The notes under the pieces are model-generated. The model did no database searches. It was given only the letters and a program-made list of their open reading frames with translations, and had not been told where the DNA came from. A DNA stretch of 24,000 nt, taken from positions 5,306 to 29,305 of the forward strand of contig CAYGPM010000015.1 in assembly GCA_964351965.1 (NCBI GenBank), in the 5' to 3' direction. The DNA is from an uncultured Hyphobacterium sp. Lineage in GTDB: Bacteria > Bacteroidota > Bacteroidia > Cytophagales > CCMP332. This document shows, piece after piece, positions 22,819-24,000 of the stretch (positions within the stretch are counted from its first letter, which is position 1; the number at the start of each line of letters is the position of its first letter). Both the position numbers and the translations under genes were made by a program.

Positions 22819-24000
22819 TTACACTAAATTGGTTTCTAACCTTGCATGTTGATCTTTATTTCTTAGTTCATTTTCATTAAAGTATCCTAAAAGTACATTT
22901 CTATAAAAAACCTTCCAAACACCGTTACCCAACTCTTCAATGCCTACATATTTACCCTTAAGAGCGGCTGTCAAATAGACCCAATAATAAGATTTCCACC
23001 TGATAGCTCCATTTTGAGTTACTTTCAAAACTTTCATATCTGAGTCGTAGTCAAAACTTTGTATTCTTTCAGGAAAAGGCCTTGTAGAGAAGTTATGAAC
23101 AGAAGAAGGGGTTTCCATATCTAATGCTTCGTGCGGCCTTATATTATTATATTCCTTCACAAATTGATTTAGACGTCTTTGTTGAGCTTATAAATCATGA
23201 GATGAGGGTTTTGCACAAGCCGCTTTTAAGTCCCTGTGCATGCGTTCGTGTCTTCCGTTTTGTTCAGGGTGAGCTGGGTCTGAAAAGACAGGTACAATTC
23301 CTAATTCGATAAACCAGTAAGAGAGCTGTGTATAGCGTTGAATAGCGCGAACAGAACCAAAAGGACTCCCATTGTCGGTATGCATTTGTAGCGGTATGCC
23401 ATATGTTCTAAATACCCTTGTGAATTCAGCTTTAGCGGATTTTAGTGTTTCCTGGTAATGACCTTTTGCCGTAAAGAGAAAGCGACTTTTAGAGTCTGCA
23501 ATGGTAAGTGGGTGACAATAGATTTTATTACCCATTAAGAACTTGCCCTTGTAATCAGCACTCCATACTTCATTACACTCTTTTGGGTCAAAAATGGGAT
23601 AAACAGGCTTGACTCTCCTCATCCTCTTTTGAGGGCATACTAATCCATTTTTCTTTAGGATGTTGTGGACAGTAACCACCGATGGGATCTGATCATCGTC
23701 GAAGTCGTTAAACAAGAGTTTCTTGATTTTTTTAGCCCCCCATCGTGGGTGTTTTTTCTTTAAGCCAAGAATTCCATTAATAATAGATTCTCCAGTTTCA
23801 TTGGGGTGTTTTCGAGGTGTTCTGGAGCGTTCTCTTAAGCCTTCATAGCCTTGTTTTTCAAACCTATCTATTAGTTTATAAGCTGTTGGCCTGGAGATTT
23901 CAAAAGCCTTGCATAATTCGGTGATGGTATATTTTCCTGTTCGCCATTCACAAACAAATTCAATTTTTTGTTCCATTATCGTTGTTTCTTTCCAAGGCAT
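22819..24000 (-). pseudogene. IS481-family (IS3-superfamily DDE integrase) transposase interrupted by an in-frame TAA; the element continues past the right edge
   Basis: HTH region (TITELCKAFEISRPTAYKLIDRF), DDE core (WSADYK, HTDNGSPF, HPEQNGRHERMH). Then KPSSHDL-TAA(23188-23190)-AQQRRLNQFVKEYNNIRPHEAL continues in the same frame. ORFs 23188-24000 and 22819-23160 are therefore one gene. Confidence 0.85.

Noticed and set aside
23188-23190. In-frame TAA as evidence for stop-codon reassignment
   Set aside because: TAA ends several ordinary genes here (for example 3790, 12841, 15751, 18862, 20144), and TGA and TAG are also used as stops. A standard code with a nonsense mutation is the simpler reading.
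1-24000. CRISPR arrays, tRNA/rRNA genes, retron/DGR-type repeats, toxin-antitoxin pairs or known defence-system gene sets
   Set aside because: No regularly spaced repeat arrays, cloverleaf-like segments or characteristic gene pairs were seen in reading by eye. The only periodic repeats are the 21-bp phased boxes reported above.

Overview
AT-rich segment with Bacteroidota hallmarks (TAnnTTTG-type -7 box, no Shine-Dalgarno sites, LruC/DUF4114 lipoprotein, this subtype of IS110 transposase). It has three blocks. (1) Bases 1-13620, minus strand: one long, tightly coupled Wzx/Wzy-type exopolysaccharide or O-antigen-like operon. It encodes an initiating sugar-phosphate transferase, an acyltransferase-3, a half-length TolC-like outer-membrane protein, a co-polymerase with a degenerate kinase domain, five or six glycosyltransferases (two are membrane synthase-like GT2), Wzy, Wzx and a methyltransferase. 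The operon runs off the left edge. (2) Bases 13.7-20.2 kb: a signalling island. An LruC-domain lipoprotein and a receiver domain lacking its phospho-acceptor Asp are transcribed divergently from a soluble PAS-PAS-GAF-PAS histidine kinase, a LytTR response regulator and a small secreted protein. (3) Bases 20.2-24 kb: decaying insertion sequences, namely an IS110-family element with a split transposase and structured non-coding flanks, a GNAT acetyltransferase, and an IS481-family transposase with an in-frame TAA. The best lead is regulatory. Nine copies of a CAyTCATCGr-like box occur in sets phased exactly 21 bp apart, in four promoter-like gaps. One gap lies just after the LytTR regulator gene and three lie in or ahead of the polysaccharide operon. 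This is the known LytTR binding-site architecture and predicts direct control of the operon by this two-component system. I saw no CRISPR array, tRNA, rRNA or recognisable defence system, and cannot claim a wholly new system from sequence alone.
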